DNA of 64,000 bases from Zootoca vivipara (Eukaryota). The notes beneath the pieces are model-generated. The model saw nothing but the letters and a program-made list of their open reading frames with translations. It did not search any database and was not told the origin of the DNA. Positions 31,801-44,900 of this stretch are shown here, piece by piece. Numbering within the stretch: position 1 is the first letter of the stretch; the number at the start of each line of letters is the position of its first letter. The DNA lies in assembly GCF_963506605.1 (NCBI RefSeq), contig NC_083279.1, forward strand, positions 101,742,001 to 101,806,000, given 5' to 3'. Position numbers and translations under genes: made by a program.

Positions 31801-32729
31801 GTCCCTTCCGACTCCACGATTCTGATTCAGGCTGGGCTCTGCCTCTACAGCTGGAGGAAGTGCTCAATGTTTGGTGCTTTCATTTTGGGAAGCTGCCAGG
31901 AGTGGCTCTCCCCCACCCCACCCCCAGCTAGAGGAAGCCGTGCTTCTGAGTCCCAGGGGCTGGAAGTAGCAGGAGAGGAGAGCTGCTCCTGTGTTCGAAT
32001 CCTGCTTGTGGATTTCCGATCATGAGCAGGAGGCTGGCCTAGGTGGCCCCCTCTGACCCAGATGGAAACCTCTTCTGTTCGTAGCTGCACCTTCAAGTGG
32101 GGTAAAAATATGGTTTCAGAGAGCACATGGGAAGAAGAATCTAAAATTTCCACGGCCGCCTAGCAGCTAAATGCCTCCATCTCAATTTGCTGGCATCTTG
32201 GACCCCCCCCCCCCCCGGCTGTCATTTCTCAAGGGCACCACCCCACTGCCGGCATTCTGCCTGGCACCCCCTTTCAGCCCCTTGGCTCCCTGCATTGCAG
32301 GGAATTCGACTAGATGGTCCCAAATTGTGGGTGGGGTGCCATTGCTTGGCTCTTCCCGTTCAGGCCCCCACTGGCAAGAGGCCCCCCCCATTAGCCCCTA
32401 CAGAGGCCTCTGCTGGGCTTCTCCCCCTGAAATGTGGGGAGAGGTGGTGGTTTGGGGATGCCCAGCAGGCAGCACGGCACCTTCTGGGAAGGTCTAGGAA
32501 GCCACCCGCCAGGGGCTCCTGCCTCACAGGGGACTGGACTGGACGGCCCTTGGGGAGCCCCTCCCCACTCTCTTACGCTGCGATTCTTCTGCCCCCCGCA
32601 GGGAAATGGCCCTTCCGGCGCCACCGCCCCAAGTCCGGCCCGTCCACCGCCAGCCTGGCTGACGCCGAGAGGCACTCCATGTCGCTCCCCCTCCTGCAGA
32701 GCGCCACGGCCGAGAGCGACACTGAGTGA
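28896..32729 (+). CDS. C11orf42: C11orf42 orthologue, 304 aa; exons 28896-28964, 30979-31696, 32602-32729
   Basis: [23 protein letters not shown]|[25 protein letters not shown]...[10 protein letters not shown]...|GKWPF...[10 protein letters not shown]...ESDTE*. Matches remembered human motifs [42 protein letters not shown] junctions keep frame (69+718+128=915 nt); tail-to-tail with FHIP1B as in human. Confidence 0.93.
29346..29596 (-). mobile_element. tRNA-derived SINE with (CTT)n tail
   Basis: Head gccagtgtggtgtagtggttaagagc; second copy at 41733-41984. Confidence 0.8.
29730..30278 (-). mobile_element. L2-type LINE 3' fragment
   Basis: [12 protein letters not shown]...[10 protein letters not shown]...[14 protein letters not shown]. 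Confidence 0.92.
30380..30818 (+). mobile_element. Solo LTR inserted in an old CR1 remnant
   Basis: TGTAAGGGG...CCCCGACA ends, internal AATAAA, 5-bp TSD gttag (30375-30379 / 30819-30823). Confidence 0.8.
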
Positions 32730-32745
32730 GCCAAGAGGCGCTGCC

Positions 32746-32751
32746 AATAAA
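32746..32751 (+). terminator. C11orf42 polyadenylation signal
   Basis: AATAAA 16 nt after the stop. Confidence 0.75.
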
Positions 32752-33866
32752 GAGCCCTTTGCACCCAGAGCCAGGCGTGTGGACCCAATTGGAGGGGGAG
32801 GGCGGGCGCAGGAAGCGGGGGGGGGGCAGCAAGCCAAGGGAGAGAGCCTGCAGCGGGGGGGGGGCAAGTCCCGGAGGAGCCGCCTCATGCTCTGGGGGGG
32901 CACCCAGAGGCCATCTAGTAGGAACACACTTGGCTGAGGCGCCTTCCACCACCACCCATTGGTTGGAGCAGCTGGGAGCCTGGTGGGCTGTGTCTGTGTG
33001 AAGCCCCATACGGAGCAAAAAGCTGAACGTTAAAGGATTCGGGACAGATAAAAGCCCTTTGCACAGCACAGAGCCGACCACTGGAACTCCCTGCCACAGG
33101 AGGAAGTGGCGGTCACCAACTTGGATGGCTTTAAAAGGGGATTGGACAAACTCAAAGAGGAGGAGAGGGCTGTCAAAGGCGACTAGGCTGTTTGGGGCGT
33201 CCAAATGCCAGTCCCTGGAAACGGCAGGAAGGGAGAGCAGCTCTTGCACTCGGGGCCTGCTTGTGAGAAGAAGCAGCTGGACCAGAGGGGCCCCCTTAAT
33301 CCAGCTGGGCTCCTCTCACCTCCACCAAGTCTCTGCCCTTGGTTGGGGGTGGAAGGAAAATGGAAACAGGCAGAGAGGGGAGCTTTGGGGTTGAGTGCCC
33401 GACTGCCAGGGACACTTCAGCTGCAATTCCTGCCTTGCAAAGGGCTGGGCTGGAGGACCTCTGGAGGTCCCTTCCAACCCTGCAATTCCACAGCAGGCAG
33501 AAAGGGCAAGTGACGGGCGCCCCCTGCCCTCTCCGCCCCCCCAATGCAAAATCACCCATGACACATCCAGCGAGAGAGAGAGCTTCTTTTATACATATTG
33601 CAACGAATTCTCCAGAAAAAAAACATTCATTCCCAATAAATTAAAAAGGTCCTTGTCCTGGTACGGAGTTTTCTTTAAAAAGGTGCCCCCCACCCGCCCC
33701 ACGGGGTGCCCCCCACAGGCTCCCCGATTAGTGCAGACCCAGCCAGGGCTGAGCCGGGGGGTGAGGGAGAGTCGGGAGTTTCCAGTTAAGAGCCCCGGAC
33801 GGGGTGTGTGGAGTGGAGTTTGGTGGGGGGGCGCAGGTGGGCAGTGGAGGTGGGTGCCGGCCGCGC

Positions 33867-34920
33867 TCACTCCTGCCCCCCCACTTCGGCCTTCTCCTCG
33901 GGGGGCTCCAGCAGGAAGGGCGAGGTGACGGCGTGCGCCTGGGCGATGGCCGCCAGCTCCTTGAGGAACTCGGCGAAGATGACGGCGCAGTAGACGGCGT
34001 TCTTGACCCGCAGCGCCTCGCTCTGCTTCTCGGCCGAGGTGCGGAAGAGGGAGCCCCCCGCCAGCGCATGCATCACCGGCCCCTCGCGCATGTGCTGCAG
34101 CGCCAGCTGGGCTGCCTGCCGCGCCCGCGTGGGGCTGTTGGTGTGGCGCATGATCAGCTCCCCGATGGACGGCTTGCGGCTCTTCACTGTGGGGGGGGGA
34201 AGCAAAGGGGGGGAGTCAGCGCCAGGCAGTGTTTGGGGGAGTAAGAGAGCCCCCTGGCAAAATCCCGCCCCCCGCCATGGCCGCTTTGCGCCTTGTGACA
34301 ACACAAAAGCGGATTTTCCACTTCACGCATTTCAAGAAATAGAAGCCCCGAAACGGCAGCTGCAAAACTCCCAAAATACGGAAAAGGCAACATTAACAAG
34401 GCAGATCCAAGGAAGGGCTTCCTCACAGGGTGCCTTGTTAAACTGCGGAACTCCCTGCCACAGGAGGCAGTGGGGGCCTGGTTGGCTCTCAAAGGAGACC
34501 AGGGCAATTCATGGAGGGGGAGAGAAGGTTCTGCTCCACCCTCCATAGTTAGAGGCAGAGATGCTTCTGGGTACCCGGGGCGGGGGGGGGGAGAGGCGAG
34601 GGGTCCCGTGTTCAAATCCTGCTTGCGGGTTTTCCCTTGGGGCATCTGGTTAGCCGCTGTGAGAACAGGAGGCTGGGCTGGGTGGTCCCCCTTTGGCCCC
34701 TGACCCAACAACCTCTTTGGATTTTCCTGTGGAACCTCCAGGCCCAGAAGCAGCCTACCTGGAGTCCTAGGCTGCTGGGGCCATTTGGCCACTGCAATGA
34801 GAGCTGGATGCTGGGCTGGATGGGGCCCCCTGGGCTTGATCCTGCGGTCTCCTTTCCCACTCTGAACCACAATAATCAGCTGCCCAGAGTGGCTGGGGGA
34901 ACCCAATCAGATGGGTGGCA

Positions 34921-34965
<45 letters not shown>

Positions 34966-35925
34966 AGTGGTACCTTAGTTCTCAAACGCTGAAATCCCGG
35001 AAGTGTGTGTTCCAGTTCTTGAACATTTTTCGGAAGCTTGAACGTCCGACGCGGCTGTCGGCTATTGTTTCTGTGGCGCCTGCACCAATCAGAAGCCGTG
35101 CCTTGGTTTCCGAACATTTCGGAGGTCAAACGGACTTCTGGAACGGATTAAGTTTGGCGCTTTTGTTTCTGCTATTTATTTTGTGTTTTTGTTTCTGAGG
35201 CCTTTTGGGTTCATTTCTTTTCCTGACTACGTGGGACCCAGTTCAGCTACTGATGGATTGACTGTGTGACTGCGGAAATGGATCAAAGCAGGACTCTCCT
35301 CAGTGCAGGTAAGAAAATAATAATAATTGAAATTTTCATCATCTACAATACATTGATTAGTGCTTTCATTTTATGGATCAATGGTCCCGTTAGAAAAATT
35401 CATGTTGAATTGCTGTTTTAGGGGTTGTTTTTAAAAGTCTGGAACGGGTTAATCTGTTTTGAATGACTTTCTAGGGGAAAGTGTAGAATCATAGAATCAT
35501 AGAGTTGGAAGAGACCACAAGGGCCATCCAGTCCAACCCCCTGCCAAGCAGGAAACACCATCAAAGCATTCCTGACATATGCCTGTCAAGCCTCTGCTTA
35601 AAGACCTTCAAAGAAGGAGACTCCACCACACTCCTTGGCAGCAAATTCCACTGCCGAACAGCTCTTACTGTCAGGAAGTTCTTCCTAATGTTTAGGTGGA
35701 ATCTTCTTTCTTGTAGTTTGAATCCACTGCTCCGTGTCCACTTCTCTGGAGCAGCAGAAAACAATCTTTCACCCTCTTCTATATGACATCCTTTCATATA
35801 TTTGAACATGGCTATCATATCACCCCTTAACCTTCTCTTCTCCAGGCTAAACATACCCAGCTCCCATGTCTTGGTTTTGGAACGGACTTCTGGAACGGAT
35901 TAAGTTTGAGAACCAAGGAACCACT

Positions 35926-35973
<48 letters not shown>

Positions 35974-38900
35974 GAGGCTTCCACAGACTCTTGTGCCCAG
36001 GGGACCCCAGGGGGCATGGGCTCCTCTCTCTGACCCTGAGCCACCCCGAGCCCCCAGACTGGCCCCTCCCGGAGCCCCCGCCCTGCCCGTCCTCCTCACC
36101 CAGAGTCTCCGAGCGGCGCAGGGCAGGCGCAGCATTCTGGGCATCTGACCAGTCCAGCTTCCCTCGGGCCACCAGGTACTTCTTGGCTTTGGAGAGGAGG
36201 GAGGGAAAGTCCTCCTGGGAGGCGGCAAAGCTCTCAATCTTGTTCTTGACCGAGCCCAGGACCTGCCAGGGAGGGGGAGGGCGGAGGGTCAGGGGCGCTG
36301 GCAGGAAAGGGGTCCGCTCCCCCCAGGAGGGTCTCTCCCCTGCCCCCCCCGGCCTCCTGCGAGGGTCTACCTGGATGAGGGACTTGACGCTGGGCTGGAA
36401 GACCATGTTGGTGTTGAGGAGGAAAGAGCGCAGGAGCGGCTGAGGGTGGGCGGCCAGCTGGGCAATGAGCCCCGTCAGGAGGAAGTTGACGTAGAGAGAG
36501 TTCTGCAGCATGTTCTCCAGCTTGGACAGCAGCACCGCCACAAAGGGCCCTGCAAGGGAGGACAGGGGGGGGGTCAGCCCAGGGAAGGAAGGTCCCTCCC
36601 CCAGCGGAGCCACGTCCAAGGGAATCCGGTTTCCTTTCTCTCTAAAATATTTCTTATTCCATTTTCTGCTTCCCAATACCAAAAGGATATACAGTGGTGC
36701 CTTGCTAGACGAATTTTTTTTCGTTCCACGGGTCTTTTCTTATAACGAAAAATTTGTCTAGCGAATCCCATCGGAATGCATTGACTTTTTTTGAATATTT
36801 TTTTTGCCCATAGGACCGCATTAATTGAATTCCAATGCATTCCTATGGGAAACCGCAATTCGCTAGACGAATTTTTCATAAAACGAATTCATCTAGCGAG
36901 GCAACCTCTGCTCGAAAAATCCTTTCGTTAAGCGGAAATTTCGTTAAGCAGGGCATTCCTTAAGCGAGGCACCACTGTACATTGTTTATTGATCTTATGA
37001 GACAAAGACAAAACCTAACACAATGCCACAGAAACTTATGAACCGCCTAAACTCAAATGAACCTATCAAATCTGGTTTCACTATGTTTCCCCAAGTGCTT
37101 GGCTCAGCTTTTTGTTTTCTTCATACCTTTAGGTAAGTTCATGAGGATTCCAATTGAAGGTAAGTTTGACGTTGTTCACAATGACTGAGGGATGCTATGG
37201 TGCCGGCATTCTGCCCCTGTTTTGCCCTGGCAGTCCAAGTTATTACGAGACCGCGATGGGGACCATTTTACTGGGGCTTTTAAATACGTAGTCATAAAGT
37301 AAGCCATGGCAGGGTTTTGAAGCATTTGAGAAATATAAGACATACCCCGAAAATAAGCCAGACTTCCGCGCCGCGGAAACCAACCCCCACAGGCCCCTCC
37401 ACTCACAGAGTCACTCCATGCGGCTGGCACTGCAGGAGCGCGATCAGCTGTGAAGCAGCGCTCCAAGAGCTCCGCTTAACAGCTGATCGCGCTCCCACCT
37501 TGCTGGCTTCCGTGCTTGCCGCCACCGCTGGGCTGACTGCTTCTTCCTTGCCTGGCCCGGCCAAGGAGCTTGGAGCGCCCTGCAGTGGCGGGCGGAGCGC
37601 CTGAGCCAGCGGCCTCCGCCTGGCCCGGCCAAGGATGCCTGCCACCCCGCGCCCGCCCCCCCCCGGAACCGGTGGCTGCTGCAGCGCCAAGCACTCAAGA
37701 GAGCCCAGCAGCGCCCTGAGCTGTAAAAACCGTACCGGTAATAAATAAAAAAAGACATCCCACCGAAAGTAAGCCACCCTGCGTTATTTTGAGGAAAAAA
37801 GTTGTAAGACGGTGTCTTAAAAAAGGGGAAAGACAGTAGCACACTCCCTTGGTAGTTTCGGACTTCTTCAGTGATCTATTCTTGATGGCTTGATACGTAC
37901 AGTGGTGCCTCGCTTAACGAATGCCCTGCTTAACAAAATTTCCGCTTAACGAAAGGATTTTTCAAGCGGAGGTTGCCTCGCTAGACGAATTTGTTTTATG
38001 AAAAATTTGTCTAGCGAATCGCGGTTTCCCATAGGAATGCATTGAAATTCAATTAATGCGTTCCTATGGGCAAAAAAAAAAATTTCAAAAAAAAATTCAA
38101 CGCATTCCTATGGGATTCGCTAGACGAATTTTTCATTATAAGAAAAGACCCGTGGAATGAATTAAATTCGTCTAGCGAGGCACCACTGTCTATTGATAGT
38201 CTATAACACTGAGGATACAATTTCTTGGCTTAAGCTTGAAAGACTGATTTGCTGGCACCCTGCCTTCATTTTAGTTGGTGCAGTTTGTGAGTTTCTGTGG
38301 CATTGTGCTAGGTTTTGTCTTTGTCCCATAAGATCGATAAACAATGTATAGCATTTTGGTAATAACTGTGTGAATATTTTTCGCCAACGTGTTGCAAGAG
38401 TTTTTCTAGTATCCCAATTTAAACAGCCTTAGCATAGCAATGCCTTCCCTCCTTCTCTTTCCGTGGTTCATTTTGCACAAAATCACAAATCCCTGCATCT
38501 CTTACAAAAACGATACCATTCAGTCAGGGCCGGATTTCGGTTTGATGCGGCCCTCAGCTCCTGAAGGGAATGGGGCCCTTTCTATGTCCAGCTGTCTTTG
38601 TCAACAACAAATAGCCGCTGGTTTTTGTGTTGAATAGATGCTAGATGGTAATTGATGGAGCTAAGAGGTATCTCAAGCCATTTGCACATCACAAAAGATG
38701 TATTTTATCAAAGGAATCGTTGAACTGAAATACAATTAAGAAGTAGTTTATCTTATAATTTGGAAAGGTACATCCTTAAAAAAATTTTGGGGGGGCCCTA
38801 AGAGAGTGGGGCCCTAAGCTATAGCTTGTTTAGCTTATACGTAAATCGGGCAATATTCCCTTATTGCATCCATCAAAACTTGTCTACACTGTTGAATTGA

Positions 38901-41900
38901 TCTTAATGCTGCCCGCATTTCCAGCTGTACACAACCCCCCCCCCAAAAAAACCGTGTGTTCTTCTCGTTCTTATTCTATGTTAAGTCTGCAAGCTGCGCA
39001 TATTCCGTCCCCTTAAGTTGGCATCTCGCTCGTTTTCCGTTTATGGGCTAACAGAACACGTGCCGCAGTATTGGCAAACGTAAAGAACCTGGGAATTTCA
39101 GTCTGAATTACCCCTAACAGAAAGGACTCTGGGATTATTATTTTTTTTGGGGGGGGGAGTACTTTAAAACATTTCCTCCTTCATTGCAGGTTTTTAAGCA
39201 GGTTCTGTGATTCTGTGAGCCCACAAGAAAAGGACCAGAGTTGGCAGCTGGTGATGGGGAAAGAAGGGCGTCTCTCTCAAGGGACACTGGGGGGGGGCTG
39301 GGTGCCCCAATGGGCGGAGATGGGATGGGGCAACATCAGCCGTGTTGCTCTGCAGGGGAAAGGCTCCCCTCTTGGACAGGGTCGCTCCAAAGGGGGAGAG
39401 GTCCCCGGGCGACACCTGGGCTGCCCCTTGGCAGGCTCTGGCTCCTGGGGGTGGGAGCCCCACCTCACCCAGGCCAGAGACGGTAGGGGACAAGGGCAGG
39501 GGGCAGCAGGCACAGGAAAGGAGCAGCAGGCAGGGGATCCCCAGTTGGGGGGGGGTTCTTAAAAACAGGAGGGAGGGAGGAGGGAGGGGAGGAAAGATGA
39601 AAGGAAGGAAGGAGAGGGAGAAGGAAAGGAATAAATAAGAGGGGAATGGACCAAAAGGGGGGGAGCAGAGGAGGAGACGGACCAAAACGGAAGCAGAGAA
39701 AGTACCCCCCCACACACACACATCCACTGGGCCTCAACCATCTCCTGCCAAAGACTGACCCTTCTGATCCCAGCCAGAAGTTCCTCTTGGGAAACTCCCA
39801 CCATGCGCAGCAGACTTAGCCTTGGGGGGCAAGGGTCCCTGGAGGGTGGGGGGCCTCCAGGAGCAGCAGGGGCAGAGAGACCCCCAAGGGAGAGGGGATT
39901 GGGGGGGGTGCCCCAAACGGCTCACCTGTGAAAGGCTGGCTGGGGAGGGCCCCCGGGGTGGGTGGGGGGCTGCCGACAACCTGCGCCAGTGGGTCGGCCA
40001 GCCGGGTCGGCCCCAAGCTGCCCTCGAGGGGAGTGGCGAAGCTACGATAGGCCTCCTCTTCCTCGGGGCTGAGGGGGTCCGCCTGGGAGGGCTCTTCCTC
40101 CTCCTCCTCCTCCCGGCCCCCGTTCGCCATCTCGTCCTCCAGGCGCCGCAGCTCGGCCGCAAACCTCTCCACGGGATGGGTGCCCCCGTTCTCGGCCAGA
40201 GCCAGTGAGTCGTCTGAGCCGGGGGTCTCGGGAAGGCCCCCGTTCTCCACCACGGCCCCCTCCTGTGGGCACCGCCGGACCTTCTTGATGACAGCAGGGT
40301 CCGAGTGCGCCCCGTTCAGCAGGGGCCCCGGGTCCTCACAGCCGGGGGAGACAGCAGGAGGCGAGGTGCCAGGGTCCGGGGTCCCCTTGGGGGCGGCCCC
40401 CTCCTCAGGCGGAGGGCCCCGCTTCTTAGTCCGGGGGGAGGCAGGCCCCGGGTGCCCGCCAGGCTGGAAGGAGGTGTAGGCGAGGGGGTCGGCCTGGCGG
40501 GGCAGGGAGGGGTCCAGGCTAGCGGGAGGGGGCCGGTCTCCATCGTAGGGGGCCGACCAAACACGGCAGGCCCAGACGCAGCGGTCGACGTTCAGGCGGG
40601 CATCACGCAGGTACTCCAGGTAGTTGCTCTCCAACTCGCAGGCCTCCTCCCAGCGAGGGGGGGTCCGGTGGGAGGGGCTGCCGACAGGGGTCCCCGGGGA
40701 GCGGGGGGAGGCGGGGCCAGCGGGATCGGGGCCAAAGCTGGGCTGGCGCATGAAGAAGGAGAGGCGAGAGGGCGTGGAGGGCTTGGGTACCGTCACCACC
40801 GAGGAGGAGTCCACACTGGGGCTGCCGTGACCTGTGGGAGGGGAGACGGGGGGGTCACTGATTCGTAGAGTTGGAAGGGACCCCAAGGGTCATCTAGTCC
40901 AAACCTCTGCAAGGCGGGAATCTTTTCCCCAATGTGGGACTCGAACCCACATCCCTGAGATGATTCCTGGTGCCACCTGCCAGGGTTCCTGGAAGACCCG
41001 CCCTTTTCCTGCCCTCTTTGCCTGGCCTGCAAGAGAGACCCATCCCATCTGTGGGGGTGGACTAGATGACTTTGGGGGATCCCGTCAAAATCTGCAGTTC
41101 TGTGGTTCACACATGCGCATTCTGTACAGGGTGGTTTTGCAACCCCAGGCAGAGGAGCAGCTCCCAAAGAGGGGTGGGTCTAGCACCCCCTGCCAAAGCC
41201 CTCCAGGCTCCACTGCCCCAGACCCCCAGCGAGGATATTGCAATGCCCCCCCCCCAGCCTGCAAACTGGGAGGAGGCAGAGAGGAGCCCCAGAGATGCAG
41301 CAGGGAGCCCTCGCCAGTGCCAAGGCCTCTCTTGCCCATTCCATGTGCCCCCCCCCGCTGGCCGCGAGAGGCTCACCCTTGGACCAGGTGGCATGCTCCT
41401 CCTCTCGCTCGGGGGGCGGCGGGCTCTCTGGGCGGCAGCACTGGGGGACGAGCGAGAGGAACTTGCTGGCCGCCTTGCCGTAGAGGTCCAGCTCCTTCAC
41501 CGCCCTCTTCTGGCTCAGCATGACGTGGCTGCAGGGGATCAGGTACCTGCCGCGGGAAAACAGAGCTGTGGAGGGGAACCCAAAGGCCATCCAGCCCACC
41601 CCGGCAGGGCAGGAATCGTAGCCGAAGAACCACGGCGATCACAGAATCGTAGCATTGGGAGGAACCCCGGGGTCATCTACTCCAAGCCCCGAAAAGGGTG
41701 GGGAGGTAACCCAAAAGAGGAGGCTGAGGGTGAAGCCAGTGTGGTGTAGTGGTTAAGAGCGGTAGACTCGTAATCTGGGGAACCTGGTTCACTTCCTCGC
41801 TCCTCCACATGCAGCTGCTGGGTGACCTTAGGCTAGTCAGTCCCACTTCTCTGAAGTCTCTCAGCCCCACTCACCTCACAGAGTGTTTGTTGCGGGGGAG

Positions 41901-44900
41901 GAGGGGAAAGGAGATTGTTAGCCGCTTTGAGACTCCTGAAGAGGAGTGATAAAGCAGGATATCAAATCCAAACTCTTCTTCTTCAATAGCGCCACCAGGG
42001 GGAGCCCCTGCATTAGGGATGTCTCTGGGAGCAGGACCAGGCTGCCCTGCCCAGCTGCGCCCAACAGAGGGAGCCCATGGCTCTGTTGGCAAGTATGGGA
42101 GGAACCCAAGGTTGCAGGTTCAATCCCCGAGGGCGGCATGTTCCTGCCTCGCAGGGGGCTGGACTAGATGACCCTGGGGGTCCCTTCTGACGATCCCCTG
42201 AGCCAGAGATCCAAGGGGCCGGGAGGGCTACCTGAGCACCAGCTGCAGCAAGACGTCTTCACAGTGCAGGTTGAGCAGAGTCCGGAAGAGGCTGAGCGAG
42301 ACCATGCAGAGCTGGGGGGGGGGGAGAGAGAGAGAGGAATGAAGGGGGCAGTGGGGCAGAAGGCTCCCCCCACTCCATCCCCCACCAGCAACCCTCCCCA
42401 AGCTGAAGGTCTCCCACCCAGAATAGGGATAGGGACGAGTCCACCCAGCCCGATCTCCCTGGACCCCTTTGCGTGGGACAGGGCCTCAAAGCCCAAGGAG
42501 CGGCCTTTGGGAGCCACAACAGCCCTGCAAGGTAGGACACGGCTGATTCCAACCCGGCTGCACGTGCGCATCCCCCCCCCAAGACACACCCGGGAGTTGC
42601 TGGCGATGCGGGAGACCAGCGTGTCAAGGATGGTGCTGTTGTCGTGGCGATGGAGGAGGAGGAAGCGCAGAAAGGTCTTCAGGAGGGCAGCCTCGCTGAT
42701 GCTGCGCAGGAAGAGGTCCAGGTAGGCTGTGCTGGCAATCATCTCTTCAATGGAGGTCTGGGGGTGGGGGGGCCAGGCAGGGAGAATCAGAGGAGCTGCA
42801 CACACACCCCAGAATTGCCAAGCTCGGTGGTAGCCCCAGGAGCTGCAGTGCAGAAGCCAGACCCGTCCTGGTGGGGCTCACACCTCTTCCCTGCTTCAGG
42901 CCCACACATGAGCTCGCCCCTCCCTGCCCTCGCTCCCCACTGGCAAAGCCAGTTCTGAGCCAGGCATGCTCCAGCGGCAGGACTGATCCGGCGGGAGGAG
43001 GCTTGCTATCCACCTGCACCAAAGGCAGCTCCGGGAAGCTGGGGTAGGGGGGTCCTCCCTGGCCAGGCCACACACACCCCCAAAGCCCAGGTGTGAGCTG
43101 ACCTTGTGCAAGGCGGGACCCAGAACCGGCACCAAGAACCCGTTGTGGATGTAATCCACCAGCTGCTTCTGGACCAGCGGGTGAGCCACCTGGTGGGGGG
43201 GGGGAGAGAAGGTGAGAAGCGCCCCCAGGATCAGGGCAGGGGCCCAGCCAAGCCAGCATCCTGCTCTCAGAGGGGCTCTCAGAGGCCCCACGGGGAAACT
43301 CACAAGTGGGACCTGAGTGCGAGAGCTCCCCTCCCCTCTGCTGGCTTCCTGGGCCTGCCTTCTACCAGCCTATCCGACATCGCAGGGTCATCGTCGTTAA
43401 ATTGCCACCTCTGACTGGCTAACAAGTAATAATAATTTATTATTTATACCCCGCCCATCTGGCCGGGTCTCCCCAGCCACTCTGGGCGGCTTCCAACAGA
43501 AGAGTAAAACACAATAATCCCTGAACAGGGCTGCCTTCAGATGTCTTCTAAAAGTCTGGTAGCTGTTTTCCTCTTTGACATCTGTTGGGAGGGCGTTCCA
43601 CAGGGCAGGCGCCACCACCGAGAAGGCCCTCTGCCTAGTTCCCTGCAACTTGGCTTCTCGCAACGAGGGAACCGCCAGAAGGCCCTCGGTGCTGGATCTC
43701 AGTGTCCGGGCAGAACATGGCCAGCCCTCTCCTCCTTCAGGGATTGGCCCAATTCTCTTTTAAAACCATCCTTTGTTGGGGGCTGCCCTTGGTCCTGCAG
43801 GAGGGAGTTCCACCGGTTAACTCTGTGCTGCCTCCACAAGCCCAAGGGCTGCCAAGAGACCCCAAAGCCCACCCACCCAACCTTGGGATTTTTGAAACCT
43901 GGAACGCCACACCTGACAGCCTGCAGGGCAAGAGGGCCCAGGGCAAGAGCTGGGCTTGCGGGTGGGGGAGGCCGGCCAGCCCCTTTCCCCTCCCCTTCCC
44001 CTTCGCCCCTCCCCCCCGAAGGCGGACCCACCTGGATGACGGCATTGCAGAACTCCAGCGAGTTCATGAAGAGGACCAGCGAGGGAACGCCCACCCAGTC
44101 CTCTCGCCGCAGGAAGTGCCAGTCGTCCCCCCGGACCTCCAGCTTGCGGGGCAGCGAGGAGTACAGGGCGCTCAGGCCAGTAGCCAGCACCTGGGGGGGG
44201 GGGCGGGCGGGGAGAAAGAAGGGGTTTGGGGTAAAAGGGGGTTCGAGATTTATCAGGCCCAAAACTGCCTGGCTCTTCTCAAAGGGCGTGGGGCTTTCCG
44301 AAGCAGAAAATAAACTCTGGCCTCCTGGGAGAAGGAGAAGCCTCCCCCCCCCCCCCGGATGAGGGGCTATGCAAAGAGCATGGGACGTCCATCAAGAACG
44401 TGGGGTGGGAGGTGGGACTCTCCTTCCCAGGAGGCTTTTAAGCAGAGGTTGGAGGGTCGTCCATCATGGCCGAGTGGAGATTCCTGCTTTGCAGGGGGGT
44501 GGGCTGAATGACCGTTGGGGGTCCCCTTCTGATCCTTTGAAGAGGCCTGGGGGTCGGGGACTCTGCATTCCTGCACCCACAGAGGATGGTATCTGGGGCA
44601 CGGCCGAATCAGGGGAGGCTGGAACAGGACAACTGGTACGCAGGATTCCAGATTGCAGGGTTTTCAAAATCTTTTGCCGCCTGCATATTGTCGCTCCGTG
44701 TGCCTCGTCCTCAGGGTGGCGCCCTGGAATAACTTCTCAGGCCAAGGCACCCACGGGGCCCAGAGCGCCCTCCACGAGCAAAGCAGATGGGGCACACGGA
44801 GCGCTCCTGCCTCAGGCATTCACAGAGTGGGAGGGGAACCCCGGGCCTCATCTAGTCCAACCCCTGCCAGGCAGGAACCGCAGCTGATTCGGGGCAATAA

